Source of the DNA: Coleofasciculus sp. B1-GNL1-01
GTDB taxonomy: Bacteria > Cyanobacteriota > Cyanobacteriia > Cyanobacteriales > Coleofasciculaceae
DNA length: 64,000 nt
Direction: 5' to 3' (one strand)
NCBI GenBank assembly: GCA_040220235.1
Contig: JAVJTO010000108.1
Positions 39,786 through 50,861 of this stretch are shown piece after piece (positions within the stretch are counted from its first letter, which is position 1; each line of letters opens with the position of its first letter). The notes beneath the pieces are model-generated. The model did no database searches and was not told where the DNA came from. It worked only from the letters and a program-made list of their open reading frames with translations. The translations under genes were made by a program, and so were the position numbers.

Positions 39786-39909
39786 TTAGTAGGTGGACAC
39801 AATTAAAGTGAACGGTTGAGATTAGGGAACAGGGAACAGGGAACAGTAAGGGTTTGAGGGCAATTTGCAAAACTTAACACAGTACCGTTTTCTTTTGTCC
39901 GACTACTTA
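39786..39909. mobile_element. MITE family B copy
   Basis: Highly similar to 60906-61023. Confidence 0.8.
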
Positions 39910-39955
39910 TAATCACGCTATAATTCAGATTAACCCTGATTTCTACCTTTCCTTA

Positions 39956-40372
39956 ATGCCTGCTAAAGATGTTTACCATAATGTTGTCAAAACAGCTTTA
40001 GTCAAGGAGGGTTGGACAATTACAGCAGACCCTTACACGATTAAATATGAAGAACTCCAGTTATTTGCCGATTTAGGGGCTGGCAGAACAGTTATAGCCC
40101 AGAGAAACCAACAAGAAATTATTGTTGAAATCAAGAGTTTTATCGGTCGCTCTTTGATTAGGGATTTAGAGAATGCTTTGGGACAATACATTATATATAG
40201 AACCTTGCTCTCTGTTACTAATCCGAGTTATCAAGTCTATTTGGCAATTAGCCAGGATGTTTATGAAAATTTTTTTTTGCAAGTCGCTATTCAGTTGATT
40301 GTTCAACAAAATCAGGTGGCTCTGATTGTGGTCAATATAGAAGCTGAGGAGGTTACCCAATGGATAAGCTGA
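39956..40372 (+). CDS. xisH: XisH family protein
   Basis: MPAKDVYH..GWTITADP..ADLGA..IIVEIKSF..ALGQY. Confidence 0.9.
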   Translation: MPAKDVYHNVVKTALVKEGWTITADPYTIKYEELQLFADLGAGRTVIAQRNQQEIIVEIKSFIGRSLIRDLENALGQYIIYRTLLSVTNPSYQVYLAISQDVYENFFLQVAIQLIVQQNQVALIVVNIEAEEVTQWIS

Positions 40373-40701
40373 ACCACTATCGAGATTTAATTAAAAGAAT
40401 TTTGACTCAATATCATCAACTTGCGGCTCAAACTCCTAGCGCTGGGTTAGAAAGTTTGCTGGCTTTCGACGAAAGCCGAGATCAATATCTTTGGCTTCAA
40501 ACGGGTTGGAGGCAAAAAAAAAGAGTTCGGGGGATTACTGTTCATATTCAGATTAAAAATGATAAAATTTGGATCGAAGAAGATTGGACAGAAGTAGGTA
40601 TAGCCAATGAATTCTTAAATTTAGGGGTTCCTGCTAGTGATATTGTTTTGGGTTTTCATCCGCCAGACGTGCGTCAATTTACAGAATTTGCGTTAGCGTA
40701 G
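40360..40701 (+). CDS. xisI: XisI family protein
   Basis: MDKLNHYR..HIQIKNDKIWIEEDWTEVGIANE..DIVLGFHPP. Confidence 0.92.
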   Translation: MDKLNHYRDLIKRILTQYHQLAAQTPSAGLESLLAFDESRDQYLWLQTGWRQKKRVRGITVHIQIKNDKIWIEEDWTEVGIANEFLNLGVPASDIVLGFHPPDVRQFTEFALA

Positions 40702-41297
40702 CTTACCAAAACTATAGCAACCGCCATAGCGGTTAGGACACATCATTTATGTAGAGACGCGCCATGGCGCGTCTCTACAATGGTGCTTAAGTTTGAGGGG
40801 TTCAAGCAAAGACAATTCAGATAATCGGCTTATTTGTTGAAACCCTGATTTCCTGAATGAATGTAATTCTAATTATCCATAAGTCCCCACTTACTCGCTC
40901 GTCGCGATCGCGTGACTCTATTCTACCAGGACGCTGTGAGCAAGCCATGCTTTTATATCAGTCTGGTTGAGGTGATTGTGTCTCATTTACTTCCGTTTCG
41001 AGCTGTTCCACTGATGGCTGGTTATCACGTAAGGGTTCAAGGAGCGATCACGTATCTGCATGGTTAAGTCAACTCTAACTGAAAATCTACCAATCCCACA
41101 GACTTGTTTGATAGCACCTCTGCACGCCTATCGCCTAGAACCCCCATACTCCCTAACCTTTTTTCGGAAAGCCCAGAGTAATTTCTGGCGATTTGTGGTG
41201 TTCAATTGCCTAGGGCAGAAAATATCATTGAAGTATACAGCATCACATCTCAAGAGCTGGAGAGTTTTGCTTCATCAAAACATGCGGGGGTGAATCT

Positions 41298-41717
41298 ATG
41301 AAACGCTCTATCAGTCAAAAAGCCACAATTAATGTTTGTTCCACCATACACTGTCCCTTTTTCGAGAGTCAATGTTCTGCCTCTGAGAGTTGTCCCAAGT
41401 ATTATGAATCCTATCACTGTCATCTAGCCAGTGTCTTTGCCTTTCATTCGGATGGACATTGGTTGTTTACCGCCAATCAACATGAACTGCGCCATATCCA
41501 ACAGGTTAACGATAGCTGGATTACTCACCATCATTCTATATTAGGGCTACCAGAGGATAGGCAAGACAGTACACCAACACAAACTCATCTACCTTCTCTC
41601 CAATGCGACTATCCGCATATCGAGAATGATGCATTCCAAAATTCGCCGGAAATGACTCAGAACATCTCTCCAATCAGTATTAGTCTGCTGGATTCTATTG
41701 AATTTGAGGAGTATTGA
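41298..41717 (+). CDS. Hypothetical Cys/His-rich protein
   Basis: 139-aa ATG ORF with GGGGGTG upstream; five Cys in the first 40 aa; no family recognised. Confidence 0.5.
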   Translation: MKRSISQKATINVCSTIHCPFFESQCSASESCPKYYESYHCHLASVFAFHSDGHWLFTANQHELRHIQQVNDSWITHHHSILGLPEDRQDSTPTQTHLPSLQCDYPHIENDAFQNSPEMTQNISPISISLLDSIEFEEY

Positions 41718-41889
41718 ATGTGAACGATTGACGCTTACTCGTCAGGAAAGTATAGGGTGTTGAAGCCCTGACTGCAAGCTAGTTAGAGATATTCAGCATC
41801 ATCGTGCGATCACAAGCTTGTCATAGCGTTGTGACAAGCCTGTCACAGATAGGGATTATGCTGATATAGAGGAGTTGAGATTCCTTTCG

Positions 41890-42324
41890 TTGACATCCTC
41901 ACCGACCTAAAAGGACGGTGATTCCTACCAATCAAACAGGTTTAACTGAATGTATTTTCGGTGGGTTGACGGCTCAACGCACACTGCCTCAGATGAGGTC
42001 TTACACGCACTCCCCGTCCGTTTAGAGTCGTGGGTCTGCTAGGGCCCCGACTTGTTCTATGTTGACCGAGGCGTTATCATCCCGGTCGTGTTCAGCACCG
42101 CAATTAATGCACAGGATAGACCGCACTGACAGGTCTATTTTGCCCCATCGGTAGCCGCAATCTGAGCAAACCTGACTGGTAGGCTCCCATCGGCTGATGA
42201 CCCGAAAATCCCGGTTGTGCTTGTTGGCTTTGCCCTCGCACAATGACCGGAATTCATCTAATACGGTAGCGTATTTATCTTAAAAGTACCCCTAAAAGGG
42301 GGAGGCTTTAGACCCTATTTTTCG
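41890..42324 (-). mobile_element. Internally deleted IS200/IS605-family element
   Basis: On the minus strand: TTAC, left-end hairpin region (aaagcctccccc ttttagggg), tnpB 3' fragment, and right end ggaatcaccgtccttttaggtcggtgaggatgTCAA. Confidence 0.75.
42022..42260 (-). pseudogene. tnpB: tnpB C-terminal fragment (zinc ribbon + RuvC-III)
   Basis: RWEPTSQVCSDCG..CINCGAEHDRDDNASVNI. Confidence 0.88.
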
Positions 42325-42395
42325 GTAATGAACGACACCGCCTTCCAAGTCACCTTGGGAGGCATTCCTATAGCGATAAGATTACTTGATTATTC

Positions 42396-42429
42396 AAAAA
42401 AGCCCCCCACAAGTGCAAGGGACTTTTGA
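42396..42429 (-). terminator. Possible intrinsic terminator after ilvB
   Basis: Imperfect hairpin caaaaaagccccc..gggacttttg with a T-run on the minus strand, ~30 nt after the stop. Confidence 0.4.
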
Positions 42430-42455
42430 CTATCCAATTATTTCCCAATAACTGA

Positions 42456-44315
42456 TTACAGTTTCGTTCCACAAACTGGACAGAAATGATTCGTGGTTGG
42501 ATTCTGAGTCCCACAGTTACTGCAATCGACCATCTCAGCCACCTGTTCTTGCTGACGGCGTTCTGGCAATCCGATCATTTGGGCATTACTCTTACCCGGT
42601 GCAACCATCGGATAACAATTCTCATTCTTGGTGACGCGAACATCCAACAACACCGGACCATCATAAGCCAACATTTCAGCGATCGCGTCCTTGAGTTCGT
42701 CCCGATGCTTCACCACCATGCCCTTAACCCCATAAGCTTGGCACAGAATCACAAAATCCGGCATTCCTATTTCCATATTCGAGGACGAATACCGCTGTCC
42801 AAAAAACGCCTCTTGCCACTGGCGCACCATTCCTTGCCAGCCGTTGTTAATGATCACAGTCTTGACATTAATGCCATACTGTGCAAGCGTCCCTAGCTCC
42901 TGAATATTCATTTGTACCGAAGCATCACCCGCCACACAAACCACTTGCTGATCCGGTAGGGCAACCTTCACGCCCATAGCCGCAGGAACTCCGTACCCCA
43001 TTGTGCCTAAACCTGCACTAGAAATCCAACGGCGCGGTCCCGTCTTCAGAAATTGCGCTGCCCACATCTGATGCTGACCTACATCCGTGGTGTAGTAAGC
43101 ATCTGGAGCTTGCCGATCCAACTCCACAATCACCTCTTGCGGCGAAATCGTATCGGGATACTGGGGCGCTTCTAAGGGATACTCTTGACGCCAACGCTGA
43201 ATCCGCTTCAGCCATGGCTGAGTCTGGTTCAGATCAGCCGGAATTTCCTGTTCCTCGTAGCGCCGTAATAACTTAGCCAGCACCTGCTGCACATCGCCGA
43301 CAATTGGCACTTGGGGGGCGCGGTTTTTGCCTACTTCTGCCGGGTCAATATCGATATGAATCACCTTCGCATGACAAGCAAACTGATCCAGCTTCCCAGT
43401 CACACGATCATCAAACCGCGCACCAACGGCAATCAGCAAATCACATTCACTCACGGCAAAATTAGCATAAGCCGTGCCATGCATTCCCAACATTCCCACC
43501 GACAACGGATGAGATTCATCAAACGCCCCTTTCCCCATCAGCGTTGTCGTAACCGGAATTTGGAACGTTTCTGCCAATTGCTTGACTTGTTCATGGGCAT
43601 TCGCTGTAATCGCACCGCCGCCGACATAAAGTAAGGGTTGCTGCGACTGTCGGATCAGATGCAACGCCTGATTAATTTGTCGGGGATTTCCCTTAACCGT
43701 AGGACGATACCCTGTCAGCTTAACCATACCCGGATCGACAGGGGTGTAGTCAAATTCTTCTAGCCCCACATCCTTGGGAATATCAATTAACACTGGACCC
43801 GGACGACCGGTACTAGCAATGTGGAATGCTTCAGCCACAATCCACGCCATATCACGAGGATCACGCACCACATAGGAATGTTTGACAATCGGCAGCGTAA
43901 TGCCAAAAATATCCGTTTCTTGGAACGCATCCGAACCAATCGCCGCCCGTGTCACCTGTCCGGTAACCACCACCAAGGGAATCGAATCCATGTGGGCGGT
44001 AGCAATCCCTGTAACTAAGTTTGTCGCTCCAGGACCCGATGTTGCAAAACAGACACCCACTTTTCCTGTCGCCCGGGCATATCCATCCGCCGCATGAGCC
44101 GCACCCTGTTCATGGCGAACCAAGAAATGCTGCATTTCTCCGCGCTCTTCCCACTGATACAGTTCATCATAGATCGGCAGGATTGCACCACCGGGATAGC
44201 CAAAAATATGGTTAACTCCATGACGCTTCAGACTATCCATCAGGGCGTAAGCACCCGTGCGACGGGTAACGGTTTTTTGTTTGACTTCTTTTTTAGAGAT
44301 ACTTTGGTAACGCAC
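42456..44315 (-). CDS. ilvB: Acetolactate synthase large subunit
   Basis: [60 protein letters not shown]-terminal CxxC..CxxC. Confidence 0.96.
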   Translation of the reverse strand: MRYQSISKKEVKQKTVTRRTGAYALMDSLKRHGVNHIFGYPGGAILPIYDELYQWEERGEMQHFLVRHEQGAAHAADGYARATGKVGVCFATSGPGATNLVTGIATAHMDSIPLVVVTGQVTRAAIGSDAFQETDIFGITLPIVKHSYVVRDPRDMAWIVAEAFHIASTGRPGPVLIDIPKDVGLEEFDYTPVDPGMVKLTGYRPTVKGNPRQINQALHLIRQSQQPLLYVGGGAITANAHEQVKQLAETFQIPVTTTLMGKGAFDESHPLSVGMLGMHGTAYANFAVSECDLLIAVGARFDDRVTGKLDQFACHAKVIHIDIDPAEVGKNRAPQVPIVGDVQQVLAKLLRRYEEQEIPADLNQTQPWLKRIQRWRQEYPLEAPQYPDTISPQEVIVELDRQAPDAYYTTDVGQHQMWAAQFLKTGPRRWISSAGLGTMGYGVPAAMGVKVALPDQQVVCVAGDASVQMNIQELGTLAQYGINVKTVIINNGWQGMVRQWQEAFFGQRYSSSNMEIGMPDFVILCQAYGVKGMVVKHRDELKDAIAEMLAYDGPVLLDVRVTKNENCYPMVAPGKSNAQMIGLPERRQQEQVAEMVDCSNCGTQNPTTNHFCPVCGTKL

Positions 44316-44550
44316 CAGATACCCTCACTAAATGATTAACGGTTTTTCTAAGAGTTTTGTATATCCTGACAATAGGTTCACCAGACCTATGGTAGATCTT
44401 TAAATGAGCAAATAATTTATGAGTTTAAAACAAATCTGAGATCACTGTCTAGTTATCATTCGTCATTTGTCTTATGTCATTCGTCCTTGGCTCCCTCATC
44501 TCCCCCAGCTCCCAGACGTGCCATGGCACGTCTCTACACAGCTCCCCCTG

Positions 44551-45531
44551 CTAATGACTCGATTCAATCCCCCTCTGCCGTAACTGCTGCATAAAAAATT
44601 CCTCTAGAGAGGAGCGTGCTAGGGTAATCTCGATTAATTGCGCTCCCATCAGGCGCAGACTGGCTATAAATTCTTGGGGTTCGCCTTTGAGTTCACCGTA
44701 CCAGCTATCTTCCTCGAATGCCAGTTCTTTTACCCAGCGCTGGAGAATGTCGATGTTACCGCCTTTCCCACGAACTTGGTAATGAGTTGCTACACCCAAC
44801 AGTTCATCCAGTGTGCCAACACAAATTAACTCTCCCTGTGCCAGAATCGCAATGCGATCGCATATCTTCTCCACATCCGATAAAACATGGCTATTGAAGA
44901 AAATGGTTTTCCCTTGCTCCTTGAGTGAGAGAATAATTTCCCGGATCTGATAGCGTCCCATGGGATCGAGTCCCGACATCGGCTCATCCAGAAACACGAC
45001 ATCCGGGTCATTGATCAGGGCTTGTGCCATACCGATGCGCTGAAGCATCCCCTTAGAATACTGTCGCAACTGCTTCTTTTTTGCCGCCGCCTTCGATAAT
45101 CCGACTAACTCCAACAATTGGGGAATGCGTTGACGTTGACGACTTTTAGGGATTTGAAACAACCCGGCGGTCAGTTGCAAGAATTCCCAACCTGTCAGAT
45201 AGTCGTAGAAATAGGGATTTTCTGGCAAATAGCCGATTCGCTGCTTTACTCCGCGATCGCCAATCGGTTTTCCCATCAGCCAACCCCGTCCAGAGGTAGG
45301 ACGGACAATCCCCAGTAAAATCTTCAATAGCGTCGTTTTGCCTGCTCCATTGGGACCAAGCAAGCCAAATGTCTCTCCCGGTTCAACAGACAGAGAGCAA
45401 TTTTTCAGTGATTCAATTTTTTGATTCAGCCAAAAGCCAGTGCGATAGACTTTCCTTAGCTCAGAAGTCGCGACAACTGGACTCTGGTCAAGGGTAGTCA
45501 ATGCCCCTGGCAAATCAGCAGTCGAATCCAT
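44551..45531 (-). CDS. ABC transporter ATP-binding protein
   Basis: GPNGAGKTT, YSKGMLQR, FLDEP, NSH. Confidence 0.93.
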   Translation of the reverse strand: MDSTADLPGALTTLDQSPVVATSELRKVYRTGFWLNQKIESLKNCSLSVEPGETFGLLGPNGAGKTTLLKILLGIVRPTSGRGWLMGKPIGDRGVKQRIGYLPENPYFYDYLTGWEFLQLTAGLFQIPKSRQRQRIPQLLELVGLSKAAAKKKQLRQYSKGMLQRIGMAQALINDPDVVFLDEPMSGLDPMGRYQIREIILSLKEQGKTIFFNSHVLSDVEKICDRIAILAQGELICVGTLDELLGVATHYQVRGKGGNIDILQRWVKELAFEEDSWYGELKGEPQEFIASLRLMGAQLIEITLARSSLEEFFMQQLRQRGIESSH

Positions 45532-45664
45532 TCCCGGTTAATTGAATAATTGACGATTCTATTGTTTATAACATTATCAGTATATGGCTGATTCTGGTAT
45601 ACGACGGCGGAAAAAGTAGGCAGTTAAACGCTTTGCCTCTGTTTGACTATCCCAAATGGAACTA

Positions 45665-46627
45665 TCAGTCCTTTTGTTCGCGTTTGCGGATCAAACCTAC
45701 ACCCAAAGCCACTCCCACCAGTAAACCTAAGATCGATGTGGGTTCAGGAACCGATTTAGGAGATGATGCCACAACGTCGTGCAATCCGACAGCGTACACG
45801 ATATCAGCGTCAAGTTTATTGGTCGCGTATTCGGGGTTAGAACCCAAAGGACCCGTGAGAATACTGTATCCCTCACTATCTCCCGGAGACAATAGATTCC
45901 CTTCGCCGCTTGGATCATCCACTAAATCCGCCCCAGTTACGGCTTCTGAGTTAAACAGATTGCCGATCGCGATCGCACTAATTAAATCACCTGATTCTAA
46001 GCCAAAGTCATCCAGATTGAATGCTGTGCCGAAAACCAAGTGATTGTTATCAAAGCTATCCGCAAATTCATAACGTCTTGTCCGGAATTCGCTTTCACCA
46101 TATTTAAGTACCGACACGCTAAATCCTTCTGGCGCGTCTGGATTGCCTGACTCATAGATGACGAAATCATCCCCTGCCAAATTGGGTAATAACAGATTGT
46201 TCCAAGTTAGCTTAATTGTTGCTCGGTCTTGATTAGGGACAATCAGATTACCATTACTATCCGGAAAGGGGACTGAAGACGAGACGTTGGGATTAGGATT
46301 ATGTCCCAGTAATTGACCAACCGTTTGACTGGGAGCAAATTCCGTAAAACCTTGACCAAAAGGAGTGGTAAACGCTGCGTCCCAATCCATAGAGCCTTGA
46401 ATGATCTCAACCGTCGAAACCGAATTTGCCTGATCCCAGGTAAAGTCTCCTACCGTAAATGTAGCTGCTTCAGCCGAATTGGAGGTTGATAGTTCCCAAA
46501 CCGTCAACGCGGTGAGGGCTAAACCTAGCCTGTACCAATGCTTGTCACTCGTTGATGTCAGCATTGCACCCATTCCTCCAGAATTCAATTCTGTATATAC
46601 GTCAATTTTAGAGGTCGGTTTAGTCAA
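45665..46627 (-). CDS. PEP-CTERM sorting domain protein (true start probably further downstream)
   Basis: Signal ending ..SAEA-AT; C-terminal VPEPTSILGLLVGVALGVGLIRKR. Confidence 0.85.
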   Translation of the reverse strand: MTKPTSKIDVYTELNSGGMGAMLTSTSDKHWYRLGLALTALTVWELSTSNSAEAATFTVGDFTWDQANSVSTVEIIQGSMDWDAAFTTPFGQGFTEFAPSQTVGQLLGHNPNPNVSSSVPFPDSNGNLIVPNQDRATIKLTWNNLLLPNLAGDDFVIYESGNPDAPEGFSVSVLKYGESEFRTRRYEFADSFDNNHLVFGTAFNLDDFGLESGDLISAIAIGNLFNSEAVTGADLVDDPSGEGNLLSPGDSEGYSILTGPLGSNPEYATNKLDADIVYAVGLHDVVASSPKSVPEPTSILGLLVGVALGVGLIRKREQKD

Positions 46628-46712
46628 GTGAGCAGTTTTCTCGCCAACGTTATCGGGTAAAACCTATCCTATGTGATGTGAGCTACACATTCTCTCACTC
46701 TCCCCCACGCCT

Positions 46713-49082
46713 TCACCGACGCATTGCCGTGGACTGACTTTGAGAATGTTGGGCAACTTGCTGGGCAACTTTGGGATCATACAGTCGTAAATAATTCCAA
46801 TAGTTCCCAAACACCTGTTTTACATAATCTCTGGTTTCATCAAAAGGAATGGATTCAACAAACTCATCTGGATCACCAGCACTTCCTTGTTGCAGCCATT
46901 TGGACAAATTCCCTTGACCCGCGTTGTAACTGGCGATCGCGAGTAAGGAGTTGTCGTTATAAGACTGGTGAACTTCTCGCAGAAACCAGGTTCCCAGTTT
47001 GATGTTATCGTCGGGATTTTCCAGAGAATAATCCTCCATATCAATATTTTCTGCTGCCCACTCCCCCGTACTGGGCATCATTTGCATTAAACCGACGGCA
47101 CCAGCGCCAGAGCGAATATCGGGTTCAAAGCGAGATTCTTGGCGAATCAGGGCAGTCACCAATAGAGGATTGAGTTCACGCTTTTGGGAATAGGTGGCAA
47201 TTTTGTCTGAGAAAGGAAAGGGATAGAGCGCTTGCCAGTACGTGAATTTTTCCCGTAAGTCTTGGTACTGCGCTTGTTCTTCGGGGGTATCCCGATCTTC
47301 TAAGCTGGCAATGGTAGAAATGCCGCTCAAGTAATCTCCGATTGCCAACTGCATCAAGCCATCGGTAAACTGCTCAGCGACGGTGGGTTCGAGGCGATTT
47401 TGGAATTCAGCTTTCCAAAGTATCCAAGCATCTTCGTCTTGACCCAGTAAATAGAGTTCTTTGAGAGCGGCTGAACCCATCGGTAACAGGGGTCGGGTTT
47501 TCGGCAGCACCAGTTTCGGATCAAGTTGACGGACGGTTTTAAAGTCGCCCACATCCCAACCAAGCTGCACGGCAGAGCGCCACGCATAGTAAGACTGGGG
47601 GTGGTGGGTAATCACCTGCTCGAATGCGGCTTGGGCATCCTGTCGGCGTCCCAATTCCCTTGCCCATTTGCCTACCCAAAATCCAGCCTGACGTGCGATG
47701 AAACGATGGGGATTTTCGGTGGTAATTGGTTTTGCCCATTCCCATGCTGCCTCGACATTGCCGGATTCAGCGTGCGATCGCGCCACTTGCCAACGGTAGG
47801 TGGCGGCAGCTTCAGATTCACCATACTCATCAATCAATTGTTTTCGGGCTTCCTCGGCGGCTTGATAACTCCCTAGGCGTTCCAGGGTTTCAGCTTTGAC
47901 CAAAAGGGCTTCCCCGGCGCGTTCCGGGAAGCGTTCAACAACTTCGTCTAGATAGGGAACTGCCTCAATATCCGGTTGCAGTTGCGCCAGTTCAATCAGG
48001 GCGGCGGGTGTTTCCTCGGCGTCGGGAAAATCACTCACCATCTGTTTGTATGCCCGTTTAGCTTCCGCATACTGCTGGGCAAATTTCAAGGCTCTTGCTA
48101 CTAAATAGGTATTGTTGGATGTTTCGGGAGCTTTGGCATAAGCGGCGCTGGCTTGACCATATTTCCGATCTCGCCAGTAGCCCACCGCGATCGCTTGCCA
48201 ATCCTCTGGTTTAATGAGAGGTTGATTATCGGAGTCAACCGCCCTACCGTAGTTTCCTACCAATTGGTCTAAGATCGGTGTCACATCTGGAGTGACCTCT
48301 GGGGTATCAAAGGCATATCGAGCCAACAGCAGCATCAACTCCGGCTGAGCGGGATTGTCTTGCAGGCGCTCTCCGGCTAACTCCAGAATCAACGGATGAG
48401 ATGGATAGTTGGCGACGGCTTTCTCCCAGTATTGGGGATCGTCAACAGGCGGTTCATACATCTGCTGAATTTTCTCTTGCCAACTGGGATTGGCGGACAA
48501 GGATTTGATCTCCTCTTCCTGATACTGAGACTCCTGGGAGAAAAGAGCATAAAGCGCATAAGCGGCAACGGGCTGATCCGCGTAACGTTGCAGCAGGTTT
48601 TGCCATTCCGTTAGGGCTTTGGTTTTCTCACCAATCTGCTCATAAGCTTGGGCGCGTTTAACCGCGATATAGCCACCCAGGACAGGATAGTCCAACTCCA
48701 ATCCCTCTAACCAACGCAGCGCCTCCTTGCCCTTGTTTTGTGCAATTAAATCCGCTGCCAAAAGATAACGCGCACGAGACTTATCAATGGAATTTTTTCC
48801 TTGGGCGATCGCCTCAAGTTTGGCTTGTCGCTGGTTTGCGGGTAAGGACGCGAGTCGCAAAACCGCCGTGTCGCTTTGTTTTTCTGGGTTAAAGGAATTA
48901 TGCTGCACAAATGGCAGCCGGATAGTCAATTGACCCAGCCCCTTGGTATACTTACCACCTATCAGCGTTCCTCCCCAAATTAGACCGACGAGTCCGACTC
49001 CAGCGACTAGAGCGATTTGTCGTCTTCGTTGTCTACGCCTTGAACGGCTGTGGGGGGCGAAAATCTCGCGTCTTTTATTCAT
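46713..49082 (-). CDS. Soluble lytic murein transglycosylase (TPR + SLT)
   Basis: N-terminal TM; TPR-like region; ALIRQESRF..GAVGLMQMMPST..ASYNAGQGN..ETRDYVK. Confidence 0.93.
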   Translation of the reverse strand: MNKRREIFAPHSRSRRRQRRRQIALVAGVGLVGLIWGGTLIGGKYTKGLGQLTIRLPFVQHNSFNPEKQSDTAVLRLASLPANQRQAKLEAIAQGKNSIDKSRARYLLAADLIAQNKGKEALRWLEGLELDYPVLGGYIAVKRAQAYEQIGEKTKALTEWQNLLQRYADQPVAAYALYALFSQESQYQEEEIKSLSANPSWQEKIQQMYEPPVDDPQYWEKAVANYPSHPLILELAGERLQDNPAQPELMLLLARYAFDTPEVTPDVTPILDQLVGNYGRAVDSDNQPLIKPEDWQAIAVGYWRDRKYGQASAAYAKAPETSNNTYLVARALKFAQQYAEAKRAYKQMVSDFPDAEETPAALIELAQLQPDIEAVPYLDEVVERFPERAGEALLVKAETLERLGSYQAAEEARKQLIDEYGESEAAATYRWQVARSHAESGNVEAAWEWAKPITTENPHRFIARQAGFWVGKWARELGRRQDAQAAFEQVITHHPQSYYAWRSAVQLGWDVGDFKTVRQLDPKLVLPKTRPLLPMGSAALKELYLLGQDEDAWILWKAEFQNRLEPTVAEQFTDGLMQLAIGDYLSGISTIASLEDRDTPEEQAQYQDLREKFTYWQALYPFPFSDKIATYSQKRELNPLLVTALIRQESRFEPDIRSGAGAVGLMQMMPSTGEWAAENIDMEDYSLENPDDNIKLGTWFLREVHQSYNDNSLLAIASYNAGQGNLSKWLQQGSAGDPDEFVESIPFDETRDYVKQVFGNYWNYLRLYDPKVAQQVAQHSQSQSTAMRR

Positions 49083-49119
49083 AGAACCTCCTGGTGACGC
49101 ACATCTATCTTAGATCCGG

Positions 49120-49256
49120 TTAAACTCATCCCCCGCCAAATCAGGGGGATTTCCAATTCAGGGTTCATGGCTAACTCACAATTAACGATGACTCTGAACT
49201 CGGCGGTAAGTGGTTTTCCCTCCCTCTAAAAGAAGGCGGGCTTCCCGCCGCTTTTG
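49120..49256 (-). mobile_element. Non-coding IS200/IS605-derived mini-element (PATE-like)
   Basis: On the minus strand: TTAC|caaaagcggcgggaagcccgcc hairpin ... gaaatccccctgatttggcggggatgagtTTAA; same layout as 41890-42324 but with no ORF. Confidence 0.55.
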
Positions 49257-49353
49257 GTAAAGATCTGCAGAACACGATGGCATTGCCCAGTTTGATTGTA
49301 CGTTTATCTCTGGTTAAGGTGGGAAAGTTTCCCGAACCGTTTCTGGATAGGCG

Positions 49354-50598
49354 TTAGCGTTTTGGTCGTTTTTTCAGACCCAATCGTCGAACGATATACT
49401 GGCGCTGCACCCGATCAAATTTGGTTTTCCTTGTGATCTTCCATTCTTCAATATAAGCGCCCACCAGACAAGCCCCAATTAGATCGGTACTATCTAAATT
49501 GGTGTTTTTTAGCGTCGCCCCCTTTAGGTTAGCCGACTGCAAATTGGCGTGGCTGAGATCGCTATTGATGAAACTCGCCGCGACTAAATTAGCCCCCCGC
49601 AGATTCGTCTCTGGTAAGCGAAGATTATCAAAGTTTTCCTCTTGTCCTTCACCCGTAACCACTAATCGTCGAATTTTGGGGTGATCCAAATAGGTGGTTC
49701 CCACACGGGACAGTTCCAGTTTTTTGGCTTGAAACCAGCAAGTGCGCGTCACCTTGGCTTGTCTAAAATTGGTGCTTTTGAGCAGTGCTTGGGTGAAATC
49801 CGCGTCCGTTAAATCGGCACCCTGAAAATTTGTTCCCCCAATCGCAGCAAAGGCAACTGCAACCCGACGAATGAAGCCGTAGTTTTTATCCCCGATTAAG
49901 GCTCGCCAGCTTACATAAGCAGAAAGTCCAGCCACACCCACCGCCACAATCACCGCCACTGTTGCGGCACTAGTTGCTGCTGCCACAGATGCCCCAGCCG
50001 TAACGACAACCACAGAACCGGCAGCGGCGACAACACCAGCTCCCGCTGCGACGACGGCTACAGCACTAGCAGCCGCTACAGCACCCGCTGCTGATCCGGC
50101 TGCCACGACTGCCATGGCAATAGCTGCCGCGACGGCTCCAGCACTGGCAGCTACTAAAGTTACCGCTACCGCTGTAGCTCCTGTCAGAACGGCTACCATT
50201 GCCGCCACCACAATTGCCACAACCCAAACCCCTAACGCCATAATCAGCCCTTGGCGGATCGTCAGGCTGACAAAAACGCCCAAAGCGATTAAAATAAACG
50301 CACCCGCTAAGATTTCGATCAGGTTCTGACTAATCAGCGCCGCTCCGGTGATCACACCCGCCAAGGCGGAAACAAAACCCGATAGCGTAGATAGAAATAA
50401 AGCAACCAGCAATAGAATCATTGCCCAGTGTTGCTGCAATCCAGCTTGGCAATAGCTAAAATTTGCCCCCGTTAGGATAGCATTGCTAAAATCTGCGCCT
50501 CGGATGTCAGCGTGGCTAAAATTAGCACCTGCCAAGTCAGTTCTGCCTCGAAACGAGCGACCTTGCAGATTTTGACCGGAGTAGTCCTGAGCCATCAT
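49354..50598 (-). CDS. Pentapeptide-repeat protein with central Ala/Val-rich TM region
   Basis: A(D/N)(F/L)xx repeats at both ends, long hydrophobic core; start ATG 50598/50595 (track 50631). Confidence 0.88.
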   Translation of the reverse strand: MMAQDYSGQNLQGRSFRGRTDLAGANFSHADIRGADFSNAILTGANFSYCQAGLQQHWAMILLLVALFLSTLSGFVSALAGVITGAALISQNLIEILAGAFILIALGVFVSLTIRQGLIMALGVWVVAIVVAAMVAVLTGATAVAVTLVAASAGAVAAAIAMAVVAAGSAAGAVAAASAVAVVAAGAGVVAAAGSVVVVTAGASVAAATSAATVAVIVAVGVAGLSAYVSWRALIGDKNYGFIRRVAVAFAAIGGTNFQGADLTDADFTQALLKSTNFRQAKVTRTCWFQAKKLELSRVGTTYLDHPKIRRLVVTGEGQEENFDNLRLPETNLRGANLVAASFINSDLSHANLQSANLKGATLKNTNLDSTDLIGACLVGAYIEEWKITRKTKFDRVQRQYIVRRLGLKKRPKR

Positions 50599-50861
50599 AA
50601 CCTCCGAATTGATGGGGCAACCATAAGACAACGGGCGTTGGTGGAATAGAAATTTGCATTCAGCAAGGTTTCGACTTGACCAACTCTTATGCTGTAGAAT
50701 AAAACATTTAGTGGAACAATTGAACGAGAATAGCGACGGCTTCTGCTTTTAGATTAGCCGCAAGATGGTATCACTCACAATGTTTCCTATTCTCTATTTC
50801 CTGTTTTCCGTTCCCCGTTTTTCCTAATCAGCAATTTCTAATCACCCGTCACCATTTATCC

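Noticed and set aside
41060..41293. 77-aa ORF upstream of the Cys-rich ORF
   Set aside because: No recognisable motif or RBS; it cannot be supported.
42456..42540. C-terminal zinc ribbon on IlvB as a novelty
   Set aside because: To my knowledge this extension is common in cyanobacterial IlvB.
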